Shown: one piece after another, positions 1-9,533 of the stretch | How the letters are laid out: each line of letters starts with the position of its first letter | Numbering within the stretch: the stretch's first letter is position 1 | Assembly: GCA_965237575.1 (NCBI GenBank) | Contig: CBDEGI010000004.1 | Span: 3,541,963 to 3,605,962 of the forward strand | Direction: 5' to 3' | DNA length: 64,000 nucleotides | Source: Bryobacterales bacterium | GTDB lineage: Bacteria; Acidobacteriota; Terriglobia; Bryobacterales; UBA6623 | The notes under the pieces: model-generated | Database searches by the model: none | Seen by the model: the letters and a program-made list of their open reading frames with translations, nothing else | Told to the model about the DNA's origin: nothing | Position numbers and translations under genes: made by a program

Positions 1-1298
1 ACGAGGAAATGCGAGCCCGCGGGCCGGGCCGCTTGGCTGTCGTCGCGGGCAAGCCGAACCGTTCCACGAACCTTGGCGAATTCGGACGAAACCGTCATAT
101 CCAACTCGGTCATCGAGCCCGCCTGCACCGTGAAGGTGTAGTTCTGGACCAGGTAACGTTCACGCCCCCGGATCGAAGCCATGTACTCGCCTGCGGGCAG
201 GCCGCTGTGCTTGAACGTATAGTCGGGCCCCTCAACAGGCAGGAACTCGTGTACTCCCGCTTCATTTCCCACGGGGCGGATCTCGATCGGCAAGTCGACC
301 TTCTCCCCATCCGCAAACGTGATCCTGCCGCGAACACCGCTCGGCGGCGCGGGGCGCAAGCGCAGATCCGTCAGGTTCCGGTCGACCGTCAGCTCGGCGA
401 GCAGTCGCATGTCGCGCTGGGTGCCGGAGCCCCATTCCACGACGTGCGCGACGTAGTCCCCTTTTTCGAGTCCGTCGATCTGAAACTTCCCGTCCCTCAC
501 CGGCATGAACATGCGAAAGCGGTTGAAGTTGGGGCTATCTCCGGTGAGCTTGGGCTGAATACCAATGGCGGTTCGCTTGAGTGCTTCGGCCTCGATTCCT
601 TCGATGACGCCCGAGACCGAGAACACGCCGGCGTCGCCCTGCAGTTGGAAGCGTACCTCTTGGGGTTCGCCGCCCCCGGTGATCTCCACCTCACGAGGTT
701 CGAGCCGGAACTTCGGCGTCCACCGTGGAAAGGGAAAGCGCATCTGGGCTTCGAGCTTGTAGCGGCCGGGCCTAAGGTCCCAGATGCGGAAGTAGCCGCG
801 GTCGTCAGACACTGTGCGGCCCGCGGTGCGCGGTCCGGTGCGGGCCGAGCGACGAGGCGGCGCTGGTGCGTCGGATGCCGGCGTGAGCGTTACGGAGGCC
901 CCTTCCACGGGCCCTCCGAAGTCGTCGGTAAGGTAGCCCTCCAGCACCCCGGCACGCCCAGCCAGGAAGTCAACGCTGCCGCAATCGCCCTCGGACGGGC
1001 AGTTGCGGGTAATCGTCGCGGAGTCGAGATCCCCCGCCTTGATCGTGTAGTAGCCCGTCGCGACGAGGCGGAGGGTCACGCGGCCTTCCGGGACGTCGTC
1101 AAGTAGGTACCGCCCCCGCGAGTCGGCCGTTGCCTGCCTCACCACCCGCTCGGGACTACCGGCCCGCACTTGCACAATCACGCCGGGCAGCGGAATTGTA
1201 TCGGAGCCATCCTGCTGGGAGACAGTGCCGCTGAGGAAAGCGGCTCCCCAAGCCGCCGGGCCTAACACCAACGCCAAGAGTAGGGCAAGAAAAGCCAT
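1..1298 (-). CDS. Secreted carboxypeptidase-regulatory-like (CarboxypepD_reg beta-sandwich) repeat protein; C-terminal part lies beyond the window edge
   Basis: Absent from the ORF track because it runs off the left edge. Manual reverse translation from the ATG at 1298..1296 gives MAFLALLLALVLGPAAWGAAFLSGTVSQQDGSDTIPLPGVIVQVRAGS...RGRYLLDDVPEGRVTLRLVATGYY, i.e. a signal peptide followed by repeated G.V.D..G.P..G..V modules. No in-frame stop was seen to position 1. The + ORF 9..1106 is its antisense shadow. Confidence 0.6.
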   Translation of the reverse strand, partial: MAFLALLLALVLGPAAWGAAFLSGTVSQQDGSDTIPLPGVIVQVRAGSPERVVRQATADSRGRYLLDDVPEGRVTLRLVATGYYTIKAGDLDSATITRNCPSEGDCGSVDFLAGRAGVLEGYLTDDFGGPVEGASVTLTPASDAPAPPRRSARTGPRTAGRTVSDDRGYFRIWDLRPGRYKLEAQMRFPFPRWTPKFRLEPREVEITGGGEPQEVRFQLQGDAGVFSVSGVIEGIEAEALKRTAIGIQPKLTGDSPNFNRFRMFMPVRDGKFQIDGLEKGDYVAHVVEWGSGTQRDMRLLAELTVDRNLTDLRLRPAPPSGVRGRITFADGEKVDLPIEIRPVGNEAGVHEFLPVEGPDYTFKHSGLPAGEYMASIRGRERYLVQNYTFTVQAGSMTELDMTVSSEFAKVRGTVRLARDDSQAARPAGSHFL

Positions 1299-1393
1299 CG
1301 CGGGCCTTACCACACATCGTTAACGTGAGTTAACTCGAATTGGTTTCAAAAAAAGACGCTCGCGGAGAATAATGTCGAGCGCCGCCCTCGCGA

Positions 1394-1421
1394 TGTAGGG
1401 GCACGCGACCCCGTGCCCGCC
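1394..1421 (+). repeat. REP-a hairpin element (TGTAGGGGCAC...GTGCCCGCC family), copy 1
   Basis: tgtaggggcacgcgaccccgtgcccgcc. It shares the GTAGGGG-stem-loop-GCCCG(C) core with copies at 7539, 14235, 51174 and 57624, all in the same orientation. Confidence 0.6.
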
Positions 1422-1460
1422 TGTTGTAACACGCCAGTGCAGCCGAATAGCACTCCGTAG

Positions 1461-1486
1461 CGCGGATCTCGGTTTTGAGATCCGCG
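1461..1486 (-). terminator. Perfect 10-bp GC-rich hairpin downstream of the DUF1501 gene (possible terminator, no U-tract)
   Basis: cgcggatctc-ggtttt-gagatccgcg, 19 nt after the stop of the 1505..2941 gene. Confidence 0.3.
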
Positions 1487-1504
1487 GACTTGCCCTCGGC
1501 CCAA

Positions 1505-2941
1505 CTACCCCAACAGCTTCTCAGCCACATTCCCCGCCACATCGGTCAACCGAAAGTCCCGGCCGGCGTGGAAATACGTCAACTTCTTATGATCCAGCCC
1601 CAGAATATGCAGCACTGTCGCGTGCAAGTCGTGGATATGCATGCGGTCTTCCACCGCGTGATACCCAAACTCATCCGTCGCCCCGTACACAAAACCCGGC
1701 TTGACCCCCGCCCCCGCCATCCAAGACGTATAGCCGTAGGGGTTGTGGTCGCGGCCGTCCCCGGACTGCGCCACCGGCGTCCGGCCGAACTCGCCGCTCC
1801 AAACCACCAGCGTATCTTCGAGCAGCCCGCGTGAGCGCAAGTCCGTCAGCAACCCGGCAATCGGCTGATCGACCTGCTTGGCCCGCCCGACGTGGTTCGG
1901 GACGAGCTGTGAGTGTGCGTCCCACCCGACCGGGTTGCCCACGCGATACGTGTGCGAGGCCTGCACGAAGCGCACGCCGCGCTCCGACAACCGCCGCGCC
2001 ACCAAACACTGCCAGCCAAAGTCGCGCGACTCCTCATCGTCCAACCCGTAGAGCTTCCTGGTCGCTTCGGACTCCTTCGTAATATCAAACGCCTCGGGCG
2101 CTTCGGTCTGCATGCGCGCCGCCAACTCGAAAGCCTGAATCCTCCCCTCGAGTTGCGGGTCGAAGCGGGCCCGCTCGGCGCTGCGGCGGTTGATCTTGTT
2201 GAGCATCTCCAGCTCGAACCGCTGCTGTTCGGCGGTAAGGCCCCGGTTCTCAAGGTGTTGAATCGGCTCCTTCAAGTCGTCCGGACCAAGCGCCGCGTAC
2301 CCAATCGGTGTCCCCTCATACGCCGCTGGTAAGAACCCCGCGCTGTAGTTCTTCGCGCCGCCATGAAACAACGTCGGCTTGATCGTGATGAACCCCGGCA
2401 GGTTCTGGTTCTCGGTACCGAGGCCGTACACCACCCACGAGCCCCAGCTCGGCCGCGTGAACGTGTTCGTCCCCGTGTGAAGCTGCATCAAAGCCCCACC
2501 GTGAGCCACGCTGTCTCCCACCATCGAGCGGACGAAGCACATCTCGTCGACATGAGTCGCCACCTTAGGCAACAGTTCACTCATCTCGATACCGCTCTTG
2601 CCGTGCTTTTTGAACTCAAACGGAGATTTCAACAGCCCGCCCACCTGCTCCTCGGCAAACGTCAAGGGACGCTCGAACGGCAGCGGCTCCCCGTGATACC
2701 GTGCCAACGCCGGTTTGGGGTCGAAGATGTCGAGATGCGACGGCCCGCCATGCATAAAGAGGAAAATGACACGTTGCGCGCGGGCCGGGAGGTGCGTCTT
2801 CTTGGGAGCGAGGGGATCGCGCGCCTCTTCCGCCGCCAGCAGTGCCCGCAAGCCCAGCAAGCCGAAGCCGCAAGCTGTCTGCCGAAGCAACGCGCGGCGC
2901 GACACCGGACGGTCGACGGACGATTCCACAGGCAGTCTCAT
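1505..2941 (-). CDS. DUF1501 family sulfatase-fold protein (Tat signal)
   Basis: 478-aa ORF with a twin-arginine-like leader (SRRALLRQTACGFGLLGL) and motifs FLFMHGGPSHLDIFDPKP and GRDHNPYGY. Its start overlaps the stop of the upstream PSCyt gene by 4 bp, the usual pairing. Confidence 0.9.
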   Translation of the reverse strand: MRLPVESSVDRPVSRRALLRQTACGFGLLGLRALLAAEEARDPLAPKKTHLPARAQRVIFLFMHGGPSHLDIFDPKPALARYHGEPLPFERPLTFAEEQVGGLLKSPFEFKKHGKSGIEMSELLPKVATHVDEMCFVRSMVGDSVAHGGALMQLHTGTNTFTRPSWGSWVVYGLGTENQNLPGFITIKPTLFHGGAKNYSAGFLPAAYEGTPIGYAALGPDDLKEPIQHLENRGLTAEQQRFELEMLNKINRRSAERARFDPQLEGRIQAFELAARMQTEAPEAFDITKESEATRKLYGLDDEESRDFGWQCLVARRLSERGVRFVQASHTYRVGNPVGWDAHSQLVPNHVGRAKQVDQPIAGLLTDLRSRGLLEDTLVVWSGEFGRTPVAQSGDGRDHNPYGYTSWMAGAGVKPGFVYGATDEFGYHAVEDRMHIHDLHATVLHILGLDHKKLTYFHAGRDFRLTDVAGNVAEKLLG

Positions 2942-5900
2942 TGGATGTAGATGAAATCGTTCGAAGCCAGCAGGATCTTGCAGTAGCTTTGCCAGGCAGC
3001 CAGGGCAGACTCACCGTAGTAGTAGGCCGGCTGATCGGACAAGCGATGCTCTTTCGCATGGCGCGAGCCTTCAATCGTCGCAAAGTCCATCTCGGTTGCA
3101 CTGCTTCGGAACTCGAAGACATAGGCGAGGCCCTCGGCAATCTCGGCTTCGGTCGGCTCCTTGGCCAGCACCGTCAACCAAGCGCTGCGGACCCGCCGCT
3201 CATCCGGCATCCGGCGATCTGCAAGCACGCGGCGCGCCAAACCTTTCGCAACCCGCGAGGCGAACTCGCTGTTCATCATGAAGAGCGCTTGCGGCGCGAC
3301 GTTCGTTCTCGCCCGCGCCCCGGTGCTGGTCGTCGCATCGCCAAAATCGAACATCGTGAGCAGCTTGGCGATGTTAGCCCGCCGCAGTGGCAGGTAGACC
3401 GTCCGCCGGTAGCTCGTCGATACATCGAAGGGCGGAAGTTGCTTGGTCGTGGTCATGCCCTGACCTACGCCCGTCTGGATCGTGCCTCCCATCCCGTAGT
3501 CGATCGTGCCCTCGATGGCCAGCAGCGAGTCACGAATCTCTTCCGCGTCCATGCGCCGCCGGTTGAAGCGCGACCAGAATCGGTTGTCCGGATCCGATTC
3601 GTAAGCACGCGCCTCGCCCTCGGTGCTCATCTGATACGCATTCGACCGCAGAATGAGCCGGTGCATCGCTTTCACCGACCACCCGCTGCGGACAAACTCC
3701 GCGGCCAGATAGTCGAGTAGCTCAGGATGCGTGGGCCGCTCGCCTAGTTTGCCGAAATTGTTGGGCGTACGAACCAACCCCTCGCCAAAGTGCCACCGCC
3801 AGATGCGGTTCACCATCACGCGAGCCGTGAGAGGGTTCTCGGCGCTCGCGAGCCAGCGGGCCAACTCCATGCGGCCGCTGCCCTCGGTGATGGCCGGCTC
3901 GTTCTCACCCGTCAGAATCACGGGGAAGGACTTCGGCGCCGCCTCGCCCAAACGTCGCACATTGCCGCTGATAAAGACGTGTTGCTCCACGGGCTTGTCT
4001 TCGGCCACGGCGTTAGCCATGGGCGGCTTCGGAGGCAAGGCCGCCGTCAGCCCATCTAGCTCGTCCTCGAGGCTTGCCAGCGCTTCGAGAGCATCCTTGG
4101 TGAAGATCGCACTGCGGGCGTCTTTAGCGATGGCTAACGGACCCCTGCCGCGGGTCGTCTCGTAGAAGAAGCGATTCTCACCTGCGAAGAAGCGGGGTCT
4201 TTCGGGTGCATCCTCCCCTTTGGCAACAGCCTCGGCGAACTGTTCTCGCCACTGTGCCAAGCCCTCGTACCGCTTGGTAGCCGTCTTCTCGAACTCGGCT
4301 TGATAGTCACGGGCCACGGCTTCCAGTGAATCTGCATCGGCCTCATGCCACCGGTCGAGGTGCGGCCGTACCTCTTTCGACGGCGTGAGCAGGTAATCGG
4401 CCCACTTGTCGAGCAGTTCGGAATCGAGGCCGTGCTTCACGGCTACCGTGGTCACGGCCTCGCTGGGTTGACTCACTTCCTGTGTCTCAGCGCTGTCCTC
4501 GCCCGTAGTCTCTTGCTCTCGAGCGGTAGCGGTCTGAACGTCCCGCGTCGCGACAAGATACGCGGGGATTCCTGGCATCAGAGCCATCGCGTGATGTGCC
4601 GTCTGCTCTTCCAAGACATTGGTGATCTGCTGCTTTTTGATCTCCATCTTCTTCTGGTGGTCGTAGTAGCGGTCGGCCACCTCACCCGGCACCAGCGGTG
4701 CGAAGTACAGCTTCGACACATGCGCCTCCCAGTCCTCGAGCTGCCTTGTGCTCGCGAAGATCGAGGCCATGGAGTAGTAGTCACGCGTCCGGATCGGGTC
4801 GAACTTGTGATCGTGGCAGCGCGCGCACTGCAAGGTGAGCCCGAGCATCGCTTTGCCGACCACCTCGATCTGCTCATCGACGATGTCGTAGAACATCTTC
4901 TTCTTGTCCTGCTCGGCGATGAGCTTGGGACCCAGCGCGAGAAAGCCCGTCGCGACGATGCCGCGCGCGTTGACCTCGCCGGGCTTCACACTCTCGTCTC
5001 GGGGCGGCAGCAGGTCGCCGGCGATCTGCTCTTGCACAAACCGGTCGAAGGGCAAGTCGTCGTTGAAGGCATCGATGACGTAGTCGCGATACTTCCACGC
5101 GTAGGGATACTTGTGGTCTTCGTCAACGCCGGTCGAGTCGGCGTAGCGCGCCACGTCGAGCCAGTGGCGCCCCCAGCGCTCGCCGTAGCGGGAGGATACA
5201 AGCAGCCGCTCGACCACCTTGCGGTAGGCGCCGGGCGAGTCATCTTCAGCGAAGTCGTGGATTTCGCGCGCTGTCGGAGGCAGCCCGGTCAGGTCGTACG
5301 TCACGCGGCGCAGCAGCGTGAGCTTGTCGGCCGGCGTGGCGGGTTCGAGCCTCTCCGCCTCCATTCGCGCGAGCAGGAAGCGGTCGATGGGCGTGCGCAC
5401 CCAGGCTTCGTTCTTCACCACGGGCGGGGTCTGGTCCTTTACCGGTTGGAAGGCCCAGAAGGCTCGCTCTTCATCGGTGATCGGCTGGCCCGGAGCGCGG
5501 GTCTTGATCTTCGCCGCTTGGGCCTCCTCGGGCCACGGCGCTTTCATCTCGACCCAGCGAGTGAGGTCGGCAATCTCCCGCTCGCTCAACTTACCCGTCG
5601 GTGGCATCTTGATCTTGTCGTCATAACGGACGGCCGTGATCAAGCTGCTGGCGGCCGGGTCACCCGGCACGACGACCGGCTTCATGCCGGCGGCCGACTG
5701 CTCGCGCGTCAAGCCCTCAGGGCGTGAAAGGTCGAGTCCGCCCATCTGCTGCTTCGGCCCGTGGCACTCGACGCACTTAGCGGCAAACAGCGGACGGATC
5801 TTCAACTCGAAGAACTCAACCGGCTCGGATGTTTGCGCACCCGCCATGCCGGCGAGCGCCATAGCCGCCGGCAGCCAGACCCCAAGTCGATGCAGCGACA

Positions 5901-5970
5901 ACGCACGCATACGAACAGAGTACTCGATAGGCACATCGGTGGGCGCAGGCCCCGCCCCGCGCCCCGTCAT
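2938..5970 (-). CDS. PSCyt (CxxCH) / DUF1549 / DUF1553 domain protein
   Basis: 1010-aa ORF with an N-terminal KCVECHGP haem-like motif, RRVTYDLTGLPPT (DUF1549-like) and QCARCHDHKFDP (DUF1553-like). The real start may be M21 at 5910, which would give the signal peptide MRALSLHRLGVWLPAAMALAGMAGA. Confidence 0.9.
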   Translation of the reverse strand: MTGRGAGPAPTDVPIEYSVRMRALSLHRLGVWLPAAMALAGMAGAQTSEPVEFFELKIRPLFAAKCVECHGPKQQMGGLDLSRPEGLTREQSAAGMKPVVVPGDPAASSLITAVRYDDKIKMPPTGKLSEREIADLTRWVEMKAPWPEEAQAAKIKTRAPGQPITDEERAFWAFQPVKDQTPPVVKNEAWVRTPIDRFLLARMEAERLEPATPADKLTLLRRVTYDLTGLPPTAREIHDFAEDDSPGAYRKVVERLLVSSRYGERWGRHWLDVARYADSTGVDEDHKYPYAWKYRDYVIDAFNDDLPFDRFVQEQIAGDLLPPRDESVKPGEVNARGIVATGFLALGPKLIAEQDKKKMFYDIVDEQIEVVGKAMLGLTLQCARCHDHKFDPIRTRDYYSMASIFASTRQLEDWEAHVSKLYFAPLVPGEVADRYYDHQKKMEIKKQQITNVLEEQTAHHAMALMPGIPAYLVATRDVQTATAREQETTGEDSAETQEVSQPSEAVTTVAVKHGLDSELLDKWADYLLTPSKEVRPHLDRWHEADADSLEAVARDYQAEFEKTATKRYEGLAQWREQFAEAVAKGEDAPERPRFFAGENRFFYETTRGRGPLAIAKDARSAIFTKDALEALASLEDELDGLTAALPPKPPMANAVAEDKPVEQHVFISGNVRRLGEAAPKSFPVILTGENEPAITEGSGRMELARWLASAENPLTARVMVNRIWRWHFGEGLVRTPNNFGKLGERPTHPELLDYLAAEFVRSGWSVKAMHRLILRSNAYQMSTEGEARAYESDPDNRFWSRFNRRRMDAEEIRDSLLAIEGTIDYGMGGTIQTGVGQGMTTTKQLPPFDVSTSYRRTVYLPLRRANIAKLLTMFDFGDATTSTGARARTNVAPQALFMMNSEFASRVAKGLARRVLADRRMPDERRVRSAWLTVLAKEPTEAEIAEGLAYVFEFRSSATEMDFATIEGSRHAKEHRLSDQPAYYYGESALAAWQSYCKILLASNDFIYIQ

Positions 5971-6002
5971 TGGCGCTCGGGCACGATGGCCCGCCGGGCC
6001 GG

Positions 6003-7334
6003 CTATTCCTCGGTGTAGTCTGCCGTGACGAACCTCAGTGCAAAGGCGCGGTCGACCAGTTCGCGCGTCAAACGATAGGGGCGGCTCTCGAAGTTCATCA
6101 GGTCCACGGCAACTCGAATCACATCGCGGGGATGACAGCGCCGCAGTTTGCGGGACCCGTTGCGGTAGTGGCGATCGAGCACGTATTGGGGCAGGTCTTC
6201 CGGGTACTCGATCTTGATCTGTGCGCAGTACTGACGAAAGATCGTGGTGTACTCTTCCTCGGAAGGGTTCTTCATGAAGAGCTTGTATTCCAGCCGCCGA
6301 AGAAACGCTTCGTCACCCAACTCGGTAGGGTTGAGGTTCGAGGAAAAGATGATGAAGCACTCAAAGGGCACTTGAATCTTCCCGCCTGTCCGGAATCGCA
6401 GGAAGTCAACCTCCGTATCCAGCGGGTAGATCCAGCGATTGAGCAGCTCGGTCGGCGTGATCTGCTGACGGCCGAAGTCGTCCACCAGGTAGATGCCGTT
6501 GTTGGCCTTCATCTGGTAGGGCGCGTCGTAGATCTTGGCGCCGGGGATGTACATCAGGTCGAGCATGTCCATCGTGAGCTCGCCGCCGGTGGTGAGAAAG
6601 GGCCGGCGGCAGTTGGCCCAGCGCTGGTCGAACTGCGCTTCTTCGGTCAGGGCGACGCTGACCGAGTCGGCGTCGACGCGCTGGTGGTGGAGCGAGTCGA
6701 AAACCTTGATGAGCTGCCCTTCGGCTTCAACGACATAGGGGATGAAAACAGGCTCGGAGTCGATCTTCGAGAGCTGCTCGGAGAGGAAGCTCTTGCCATT
6801 GCCCGGTTTTCCATAGACGAGCATGGAGCGGAACGCGTTCACCGCCGGCCCCACCATCCCGAGGTACTCGTCACTGATGATTGCGTCTTGCAGAGCGGTC
6901 TTGAGCTTTGCCTTGGTCATCCAACCCGGCTTGATGTGCTGGCGGTGGACGGCGTCGACATACTGCTCGAGGGGCACCGGAGCGGGTCCGACGAGTTGAT
7001 TGCCTTCGAGATACTCCTTGGCCCGCGCACGCCCCGACTCGGAGATCGCGAAGCTGGCTGAGACCGCCCCAATGCTGGAGGAACGCTTCGTCTCGAGCAG
7101 CCGCGCCCGTCTGAGTACCTGCAAGACCGGCTCGATCACGCTAAAGCGCAGCCCCAGCCCCTTCGCTAGCTCCCGGCCCGTGACCTCAGGCCGGAAATAG
7201 AGGTTCTTCAGAAGCAGCTGCTCGACCAACGATTCCGATAGGCCGGCCTGCTGCAGCGAGTTTGGCGACTCCGGACTGAAGAGATCGGGCTCGATCTCGG
7301 CGTCTTGCCAAGGTTTAACAGCGGCTGCGTTCAT
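6003..7334 (-). CDS. AAA+ family ATPase with an uncharacterised N-terminal (winged-helix-like) region
   Basis: 443-aa ORF with Walker A GKPGNGKS, Walker B-like IYLVDDFGRQ, and a conserved-looking LLNRWIYPLD...FIIFSSNLNP..LGDEAFLRRLEYK. The + ORF 5970..7061 is an antisense shadow. Confidence 0.8.
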   Translation of the reverse strand: MNAAAVKPWQDAEIEPDLFSPESPNSLQQAGLSESLVEQLLLKNLYFRPEVTGRELAKGLGLRFSVIEPVLQVLRRARLLETKRSSSIGAVSASFAISESGRARAKEYLEGNQLVGPAPVPLEQYVDAVHRQHIKPGWMTKAKLKTALQDAIISDEYLGMVGPAVNAFRSMLVYGKPGNGKSFLSEQLSKIDSEPVFIPYVVEAEGQLIKVFDSLHHQRVDADSVSVALTEEAQFDQRWANCRRPFLTTGGELTMDMLDLMYIPGAKIYDAPYQMKANNGIYLVDDFGRQQITPTELLNRWIYPLDTEVDFLRFRTGGKIQVPFECFIIFSSNLNPTELGDEAFLRRLEYKLFMKNPSEEEYTTIFRQYCAQIKIEYPEDLPQYVLDRHYRNGSRKLRRCHPRDVIRVAVDLMNFESRPYRLTRELVDRAFALRFVTADYTEE

Positions 7335-7538
7335 CTACGTATTCCCTGCAAGTATTCCCAGCGACCCAGCCTCTATTATCGGATCGAGGCCACAAAACCG
7401 GGAAGGCGGGAAAGCTCGGGATTAGGTAGGTAATACGCCCCTACCCGGCTCGGGAAGATACCTCAGATCCGCCTAGAGCAATAGATCGAAGAAGGTCTAG
7501 CAGCCCGTGGCAAAAGCGGGAGCGGTGTCCTTTGCAGA

Positions 7539-7567
7539 TGTAGGGGCACGGCATGCCGGGCCCGCCT
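7539..7567 (+). repeat. REP-a hairpin element, copy 2
   Basis: tgtaggggcacggcatgccgggcccgcc. Confidence 0.6.
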
Positions 7568-7681
7568 GCTCGACCGACCACAACATGTAGTTGTGCTTGA
7601 CGGGCATCAGGGGAAACCAGTCTTTCACGACGGGCTGCTAGGAGGGTATGGGGCCGTTATGCACGCGCGAAACGTGATTCT

Positions 7682-8407
7682 TTAGAAGACCCGCTTGGTA
7701 AGCCGGGATACGTCGAAGCGGGCGGTGTCGGCGATTGCCATCACGGCCATGACACCGGCTTGGATGGGGTCGGTTACTACCAGGTCGGCGGCGTCGGGGG
7801 CGCTGCCGGCCATGTTGAGGCAAATCACGCGAAGGCCTTTGGCGCGGACCTCGCGGGTGGCTTCCTCGATAGCTCCGCCCATCAAAGCTCCGGCCAGCAC
7901 CAACGCTCGGGCGCGCGGCAGCCGCGCCACCGCGCGAACGGCTTCGGCTAGCTCGACTTCACCGGTCAGGGGAATCGTGTCGATTGAGATGCGTTCGCCG
8001 CGCAGGTTGTGACGGTCGGCCTCCGAAATTGCCCCCAGCGCGACCTGACCCACCTGGGCCCCGCCGCCGATGATGATGATGCGCTTGCCGAAGATTCTCT
8101 TGAGGGTGCGCTGCTCCGACACGGACACAACAACCGGGAGCACGCGCAATTCTTCAATGATCGGATCGAGCGATTCGATACCGCAGATCTCGAAGAAGAC
8201 CGTCTCGATCGGTTTTTGGCTGTCGAGGATCGCGACCCAAGTGACGTCACCCCCGAGACGGGCGATGACGCCGGTGAGCTGGTGCATCACGCCCCGCTCA
8301 TTCTTCGTCTCCACCGACAACCCGAAGGTTACCGGTTCCTGTCCTTCTGCTTGTTCCGGCACATTCGCCCCCGGCCTGCCAGGCCGCACAAACTTTAGTA
8401 TATCCAC
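7682..8407 (-). CDS. ACT-domain protein with a C-terminal Rossmann-like domain
   Basis: 241-aa ORF. The N-terminal segment looks ACT-like (GLSVETKNERGVMHQLTGVIARLGGDVTWVAILD). It is followed by RIIIIGGGAQVGQVALG and a C-terminal alpha/beta region. Confidence 0.65.
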   Translation of the reverse strand: MDILKFVRPGRPGANVPEQAEGQEPVTFGLSVETKNERGVMHQLTGVIARLGGDVTWVAILDSQKPIETVFFEICGIESLDPIIEELRVLPVVVSVSEQRTLKRIFGKRIIIIGGGAQVGQVALGAISEADRHNLRGERISIDTIPLTGEVELAEAVRAVARLPRARALVLAGALMGGAIEEATREVRAKGLRVICLNMAGSAPDAADLVVTDPIQAGVMAVMAIADTARFDVSRLTKRVF

Positions 8408-8518
8408 AGGGTACCCGCGGCCCGTGCTGGGGGGCGGTTAGCCAGTTGGCGCGGCTGCAAAAAGATGGATCGCAAACCGTTCGGATATAATGCCAGGCGA
8501 GACGAACGAGGAACTCCC

Positions 8519-9490
8519 ATGCCAATCACAAGACGGGACATGCTGCGCTTGCTGGGGACGGCGGCCGCGCTACCGGCACTGCCGTCCTTCGCCGCCGGCA
8601 AGACCATGCGCGGCGCGTTCATCATTATGGCGACGCCCTACACCGAGGCCAAGGAGGTCGACTACGAAGGCCTGGCCGGCGAGGTCGACTTCCTCGACAA
8701 GAGCGGCGTGCAGGGTATGGTGTGGCCGCAGTTCGCCAGCGAATACCCTTACCTGAAAAAGGAAGAGCGCTTTCGCGGAATGGAAGTGCTCGCCAAAGCC
8801 GCCAAGGGGAAGAAGCCGGCCCTCGTACTGGGTGTCCAGGCGCCGAACACCGAGCAGATGCTCGAGTTCGCCCGCCACGCCGAGAAGGTCGAGCCGGACG
8901 CCTTGATCGCTATGCCGCCCAAGGAGGCGACGTCACTCGACGACTATCGCGTCTACTATAGCGAGCTTTGCAAGCTCGCCAAGCGGCCGGTTTTCATCCA
9001 GACGACGGGTGGCGCGAACGACGTGGAGGCCACTGTCGAATTCATCATCGAGATGGCAGAGAAGTTCCCCAACTTCGGCTATATCAAGGAAGAGTACAAG
9101 CCGGTCATGGAGCGCATGCTAAAGCTCGCCAAGTACCGGCCGAAAGTGATCAAGAGCGTATTCAGTGGCGCGGCCGGACGCGGCTGGCCCTATGAGATGC
9201 GGTATGGCCTCGACGGGACCATGCCCGGCGCGATGTACGCCGACATCTACGCCTTGCTGTGGGAGCTACATCTGAAGGGTGACCGCGACAAGATTCGCGA
9301 GGTCTTCAGCAAGCTGATGCTGATGATCAACCTCGACGCGCACATCCCGGGCGTGCGCAATTACATGTTCAAGCGCCGGGGCATCTTCAAGACCACCAAG
9401 TCGCGCCGGGGGGACTACACCTGGTCCGAAGACGCCATCGCCGAGATCGAGCACAACTTCGCCGCGCTGAAACCGTACTTGCGCGTCTAG
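8519..9490 (+). CDS. Dihydrodipicolinate synthase/N-acetylneuraminate lyase family protein with Tat signal
   Basis: The track ORF is 8465..9490. I prefer the ATG at 8519, preceded by gaggaa, which gives MPITRRDMLRLLGTAAALPALPSFAAG. The body resembles the DapA family (FIIMATPYTE..VDYEGL...GVQGMVWPQ). Confidence 0.8.
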   Translation: MPITRRDMLRLLGTAAALPALPSFAAGKTMRGAFIIMATPYTEAKEVDYEGLAGEVDFLDKSGVQGMVWPQFASEYPYLKKEERFRGMEVLAKAAKGKKPALVLGVQAPNTEQMLEFARHAEKVEPDALIAMPPKEATSLDDYRVYYSELCKLAKRPVFIQTTGGANDVEATVEFIIEMAEKFPNFGYIKEEYKPVMERMLKLAKYRPKVIKSVFSGAAGRGWPYEMRYGLDGTMPGAMYADIYALLWELHLKGDRDKIREVFSKLMLMINLDAHIPGVRNYMFKRRGIFKTTKSRRGDYTWSEDAIAEIEHNFAALKPYLRV

Positions 9491-9533
9491 TGTCCGTGCC
9501 GTAATTCCACCACCGCCGCGCCGGAGGTAGCAG

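Noticed and set aside
9-1106. 365-aa plus-strand ORF at the left edge.
   Set aside because: Arg/Gly/Pro-rich and low in Lys, with no motifs. The opposite strand encodes a coherent signal-peptide protein with CarboxypepD_reg-like repeats that the track omits only because it runs off the edge.
4345-7061. Long plus-strand ORFs 4345..5727 and 5970..7061. The same judgement applies to 9639..11024(-), 39905..40651(-), 60530..61576(-), 51376..52305(+) and 52351..53124(+).
   Set aside because: All overlap well-supported genes on the other strand and have high-GC shadow-ORF composition.
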